Assembly: GCA_910588255.1 (NCBI GenBank)
Contig: CAJUOM010000002.1
Coordinates: 15,470-79,469 of the forward strand
Reading direction: 5' to 3'
Source of the DNA: an uncultured Alphaproteobacteria bacterium
GTDB taxonomy: Bacteria; Pseudomonadota; Alphaproteobacteria; RUG11792
Length of the DNA: 64,000 nucleotides
Under the pieces are notes generated by a model. That model saw nothing but the letters and a program-made list of their open reading frames with translations, searched no databases and was not told the DNA's origin. Position 1 is the stretch's first letter, and each line of letters starts with the position of its first letter. Position numbers and translations under genes: made by a program. Below are positions 59,986-64,000 of the stretch, piece after piece.

Positions 59986-61023
59986 TCACTGTCCATAATA
60001 CTCCAACCATCTTCGATCTGTATCAAATAAATTTCGAATATCTGTTATTCCGTTTTTCAACATAACAAGACGTTCTAATCCAAACCCAAAAGCAAAGCCA
60101 AAAGCTTCGTTCTCGATTCCGCAATTTTTGAATACATTGGGATGAACCATTCCAGCTCCCCCTAATTCAAGCCATTTATCTCCTTCTGGAGTTATTATCA
60201 ATTTTCCGTCTTTTTTGGTGTATCTGCAATCGACTTCCATTCCAGGCTCTGTAAATGGGAAAAAGCTAGGTCTGAATCTTATGGCAACATCTTCAACTTC
60301 AAAGAAAAATGCTAGAAATTTCTTTAATTCACTTTTTAGATGTCCAATAGTTATTGGTTTTCTATCAGCAACTAATCCTTCTATTTGATGAAACATAGGA
60401 GAATGAGTTGCATCCAATTGATCATTTCTATAGGTTTTTCCAATGGATATCATACGAACAGGAATTCCCCGCTCCTTCATAGTCCTGATTTGAACACATG
60501 ATGTGTGAGTTCTGAGTAATGTCTTGTTAAATCTTTCTAGATAGAAAGTATCATGACTTTGACGTGCTGGATGATGTTCCGGAATATTTAAAGCATCGAA
60601 ATTAAAGAAATCTGTCTCAACTTCAGGTCCATCTAAAACTAAAAATCCACGCGCTAAATAATGATTTCGGATTCTTCTTATAGATTGAGTTAGTATATGC
60701 AATCCTCCAAATGATGAATTTTCAACAGGAAGAGTTATATCTAATGTTTCATTTCTTAATTTTTCGGAAATTTCATACTCTTCCAACTTTTTCTTCTGAA
60801 GGCTGATGGCTGTTTCTATTTGGCTTTTGATATTATTCAGTCTTTCTCCAAAAGACTTTTTTTCATCACCAGAGAAATCTTTAAGAAGTCTAAACGCAGA
60901 TGTAATAACTCCGGATTTTCCAATTAATTCAGCTTTTGTTTTTTCCAAATCTTGAAAGGAAGTTATTCCCATAATGGATTTTACCCAATGGTCTAGATTT
61001 TTCTCTATTTCAATTAAAGCCAT
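59986..61023 (-). CDS. pheS: phenylalanyl-tRNA synthetase alpha subunit
   Basis: 345 aa with the class II motifs HP.R...DTFY, FRPSFFPFTEPG and GAGMVHPNV. There is no pheT next to it. Confidence 0.9.
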   Translation of the reverse strand: MALIEIEKNLDHWVKSIMGITSFQDLEKTKAELIGKSGVITSAFRLLKDFSGDEKKSFGERLNNIKSQIETAISLQKKKLEEYEISEKLRNETLDITLPVENSSFGGLHILTQSIRRIRNHYLARGFLVLDGPEVETDFFNFDALNIPEHHPARQSHDTFYLERFNKTLLRTHTSCVQIRTMKERGIPVRMISIGKTYRNDQLDATHSPMFHQIEGLVADRKPITIGHLKSELKKFLAFFFEVEDVAIRFRPSFFPFTEPGMEVDCRYTKKDGKLIITPEGDKWLELGGAGMVHPNVFKNCGIENEAFGFAFGFGLERLVMLKNGITDIRNLFDTDRRWLEYYGQ

Positions 61024-61128
61024 TTTATTTCATAACATTTATCATTTCTCTATATGATATCACAATGCTTTAATTTACTCAATGTTATCACAGAAGTTAG
61101 GATCGATAGATAATTTTTCAGATTCACG

Positions 61129-61484
61129 ATGTCTACCGAAAACGCTATAGGTGCCCCTGCGGTGTCATCAACCGTTTACCGGTGAGGCCATCTTTCTAAT
61201 TCACGCTTCGTGCAGTGACTTATTTTGATAGGTTAATTGTAAAGCCACAACTTCTTCAATATGGTTTAAGATTAACTAACATCCATCCCTAAGGTGGAAG
61301 GGTTTATTGGGTAATTTTTCGTAAGAAAAGTTGGAAATGAGGAGTTAAGGAAGCACGGCGTGTAATAAAATTAACGTGCATACCACACGCCGCGCGCCTG
61401 AATATTCTTTATATTTTCAGTATATTCCCTGTTATTTCCTTATGTCAAATCATAAATAGTCCCATAAAATTTTAGGTGTTTTTA
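61129..61484 (-). repeat. ORF-less copy of the modular repeat
   Basis: A module from 61129, B module (TTAACTAACATCCATCCCTAAGGTGGAAGGGTTTATT), decayed type-1 hairpin at 61353-61398, promoter module and motif at 61452-61475. Confidence 0.8.
61419..61475 (-). promoter_or_regulatory. repeat-borne promoter module (motif + TTGACA-18 nt-TATACT, minus strand) pointing at pheS
   Basis: The -35 (tgtcaa) is at 61443-61448 and the -10 (agtata) at 61419-61424. Confidence 0.5.
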
Positions 61485-61508
61485 CGGGGCATTTGTTATT
61501 CTTGTTAA

Positions 61509-62645
61509 TCATAGAGCTTTAATAATATTAAATATTTCACAAAATACTATGATTATCCCCATAATAAAACATATATGATGAATAACTCTTGATCCTTTCG
61601 ATTTCAACATTAAGAAATATGGTGTAAATATAACAAAGATTGTTGCAATCATGCCTCCAAAAGATAATATATTAATAAATGCATCTGGTACAAAAATTGC
61701 AAATAAAATAGGCATGAAACATATAAACAAATCAGACAGATTTTGTAATTTTCGTATCATTTCTTTCATAGGTTTTTGAAGACCTATAGCTATTCCTAAT
61801 GCTGAAGTTATTACTGCAAATAAAGTTAAGGTTTTCAAAATGATTTCCATATAAAAACTTCCTGATGATTTACACAAAAAATTGATTAATTCGCCGACAG
61901 TTACTTCATGGTTTTGTAATTTTTGGAAAAAGACGAAGTTTGTAAATCTGATGTTTTGAAATACGCATGAAATCCAGATTATGTAAATTATAGTAGGTAT
62001 CATTATTCCAACAAGAAAAGCCAACTTTATCTTTTTTCGGTCATTATCTAAATAATCGCAAACATAGTGACATATATTCTGAATACCGAATGATGTGAAA
62101 ATTATAGTAATAAAATTCGGAATTTCTAATGGCTTTGTTAGAGGTATTAAATCGAAGAGTGAATTAAAAATTTTTATTTTAAGTATTGAAACTATAATAA
62201 AACTCAATAAAATCAATACCAGAATGGAATTCAATTTCGAAAATGATTTTACATTTAAATTTAAAATTCCCAAAAGTAATATTCCTAATATAATTACAAT
62301 TAAGTTTTAATTAAAATTAAAAAATGAACATAGTAAACTTGCTATTCCAGAAAAATAAACAGTAAGCAACGAAAAAGATAAGATATAAAAACTTAAAGAA
62401 GTTATGGTAAATGCTGTATTTCCTGAAAGCATTTTACTCAATTCCATAACAGAATAAGACGTATTTCGTTTGATATTTAAATCTATAATCATCAAAGAAG
62501 TTTGATAAGCTAAGAAAGCCATGAAGAGTATCACAATTGAAGAGATAATGGATCCGATGTTTATGGCAACAAGTGGAAGAGCAATCAATCCAGCTCCTAT
62601 AGCTGTTCCCGAAATTAGGAATATAGAGTTTAGTAGTTTTTTCAT
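61509..62645 (-). pseudogene. second HAAAP-family amino acid permease, interrupted by an in-frame TAA
   Basis: ORFs 62307-62645 and 61509-62273 share one frame. Read-through gives ...LLCSFFNFN*NLIVIILGILLLGILNLNVKS, which aligns with FFDFDLKWIILIISIFI of the intact paralogue (33821-35023). The TAA at 62307-62309 sits where that copy has Leu. Confidence 0.7.
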
Positions 62646-62821
62646 ATAAAAATCCTAAATATAATATTGAATAAAAAAATTGCTTGAAAGAATAAAAGAT
62701 TAAGAAGGTGCTTAGCGCCACCAAGTATTGAAAAAACTATTTAATACCAAATAATTTAATTTTATTAACATATAATTATCCGGCAAAAAAACTCTCTTAA
62801 TTTTAGAATAACATTATTTAA

Positions 62822-63784
62822 TTAATGAATCAACAGAAATTGAGATCCCATGTTCATGAACTTCTTTCGCCTTATTTCTTTGCGATCTTGAGCAGATATG
62901 CTTTCCGATTTTTTTAAATAAGTCATAATTTCTTTTTTAAGATTTTGTATTGCTTCTTTCTTATTTCTATGAGCTCCACCTACAGGCTCTTTTACTATAG
63001 AATCAATAATGCCTAGTGAAAGCAAATCTGAAGCTGTCAATTTCTGGGTTTCTGCTGCTAAGTTTGCCTTGGTATCGTCTTTCCATAAAATAGAAGCACA
63101 TCCTTCAGGAGAAATAACAGAATAAATCGAATGTTCAAGCATCAAAATATAATCTGCAGTTGCAATGGCAATTGCTCCTCCAGATCCACCTTCCCCTATT
63201 ATGGAACTTATGTATGGCACTTCAATTTGAAAACTTTTTTCCATGCATTTTGCAATAGCTTCTGCGACTCCTCGTTCTTCAGATTCCATCCCAGGAAAAG
63301 CACCAGAAGTATCCACAAATGAAAAGACTGGAAGTGAAAACCTATTAGCAATATCCATCAATCTATAAGCTTTTCTATAACCTTCCGGTTTTGGCATACC
63401 AAAGTTGTGTTTTAAACGAGAGTCTGTATCCCAACCTTTTTCTTCTCCTATCACAACACATTTTATGCCATCTAATTCAGCAAAACCACCTATGATTGCC
63501 TGATCTTCAGCGAAAAATCTATCCCCTGATAATTCAACAAAATTTGAAAAAATTTCATTTATATAATCAGTAAATTTTGGACGATTCGGATGTCTGGCTA
63601 CTTGAACTTTCTGCCAGGGAGTAAGCTTCTGATAAATCTGAGAAAGCATCTTGTCTACTTTTGTTTGCATTTTTGTGATTTCTGATGCGACATCAAGATC
63701 TCCAACTTTTGATGCATCTCGAAGAGCTAGTATTTTCTTTTCTATATCGATAACTTGACTCTCAAAATCCAGAACCGTACTCAT
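62822..63784 (-). CDS. accA: acetyl-CoA carboxylase carboxyltransferase alpha subunit
   Basis: I start it at the ATG at 63784 (MSTVLDFESQ...), because the track ORF start at 63874 lies inside tRNA-Cys. Motifs: FIDT.GA.PG..AEERG, IGEGGSGGA. Confidence 0.9.
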   Translation of the reverse strand: MSTVLDFESQVIDIEKKILALRDASKVGDLDVASEITKMQTKVDKMLSQIYQKLTPWQKVQVARHPNRPKFTDYINEIFSNFVELSGDRFFAEDQAIIGGFAELDGIKCVVIGEEKGWDTDSRLKHNFGMPKPEGYRKAYRLMDIANRFSLPVFSFVDTSGAFPGMESEERGVAEAIAKCMEKSFQIEVPYISSIIGEGGSGGAIAIATADYILMLEHSIYSVISPEGCASILWKDDTKANLAAETQKLTASDLLSLGIIDSIVKEPVGGAHRNKKEAIQNLKKEIMTYLKKSESISAQDRKEIRRKKFMNMGSQFLLIH

Positions 63785-63798
63785 AAAGTATCTCAATT

Positions 63799-63872
63799 TG
63801 GAGGCCGAGACCGGAATCGAACCGATATACAAGGATTTGCAGTCCTCTGCATAGCCATTCTGCCACTCGGCC
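63799..63872 (-). tRNA. tRNA-Cys (GCA)
   Basis: 74 nt. The reverse complement is GGCCGAGTGGCAGAATGGCTATGCAGAGGACTGCAAATCCTTGTATATCGGTTCGATTCCGGTCTCGGCCTCCA. Anticodon loop CTGCAAA. Confidence 0.85.
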
Positions 63873-63951
63873 AAATTTTATATATTAAGATTACTAATTT
63901 TATTAACTTTTTTCAAGATGTTTTGTTATGAATCTATTTTTGTAATATTGT

Positions 63952-64000
63952 GGTGCGCGGCGTGTGGTATACTCATTAATTTTACCACACGCCGCGCACC
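63952..64000. repeat. GC-rich hairpin, type 1, perfect 18-bp stem (at the window edge)
   Basis: GGTGCGCGGCGTGTGGTA-13 nt-TACCACACGCCGCGCACC. It has the same loop orientation as 2229-2278, so its promoter module would lie just beyond the window, pointing toward tRNA-Cys-accA. Confidence 0.85.

Noticed and set aside
63785-63874. The N-terminal 30 codons of the accA ORF as given in the track.
   Set aside because: They are the reverse complement of tRNA-Cys. The conserved AccA sequence begins at the ATG at 63784.

Overview
AT-rich (roughly 30% G+C by eye), gene-dense bacterial chromosome segment. It looks like a host-restricted alphaproteobacterium of the Rickettsiales/Holosporales type; this is inferred from gene content only: gatA-gatB, a COG3807 SH3 protein, an HK97/GTA-type capsid remnant, an AddA-type helicase, BioY, and a heparinase II/III-like gene beside rpe/holB. 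I can support about 60 protein genes (translation, replication/repair, envelope, transport), 6 tRNAs, no rRNA and no CRISPR array. Five things stand out. (1) A modular repeat family occurs at least 6 times, plus solo fragments. It has four parts: a conserved 24-nt motif (CTAAAATTTTATGGGACTTTTTAG), an adjacent sigma70-like -35/-10 pair, an 18-bp GC-rich hairpin, and a conserved ~180-nt tail. One copy (1312-2367) carries a 203-aa orphan ORF, one carries a secreted 214-aa ORF, and the others are ORF-less. Most copies are oriented so that the internal promoter fires into the neighbouring operon. This is my best candidate for an undescribed mobile or regulatory system. (2) Gene decay is heavy. In-frame stops (TGA, TAG, TAA) split a pfk paralogue, a MATE pump and a HAAAP permease. 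Frameshifts split an amidase, one of two tandem eptA-like genes and a small LRR protein. A glmU stub and four IS256-family transposase relics are also present. (3) A GC-richer, foreign-looking segment is fused in frame to an outer-membrane beta-barrel gene next to tRNA-Arg. (4) A prophage/GTA remnant sits next to tRNA-Val: a short HK97-type capsid, a holin-like protein and small Asn/Gly-rich secreted proteins. (5) An eptA-eptA'-dgkA lipid A modification module is present. All functional calls come from reading motifs in the supplied translations; no database search was possible.
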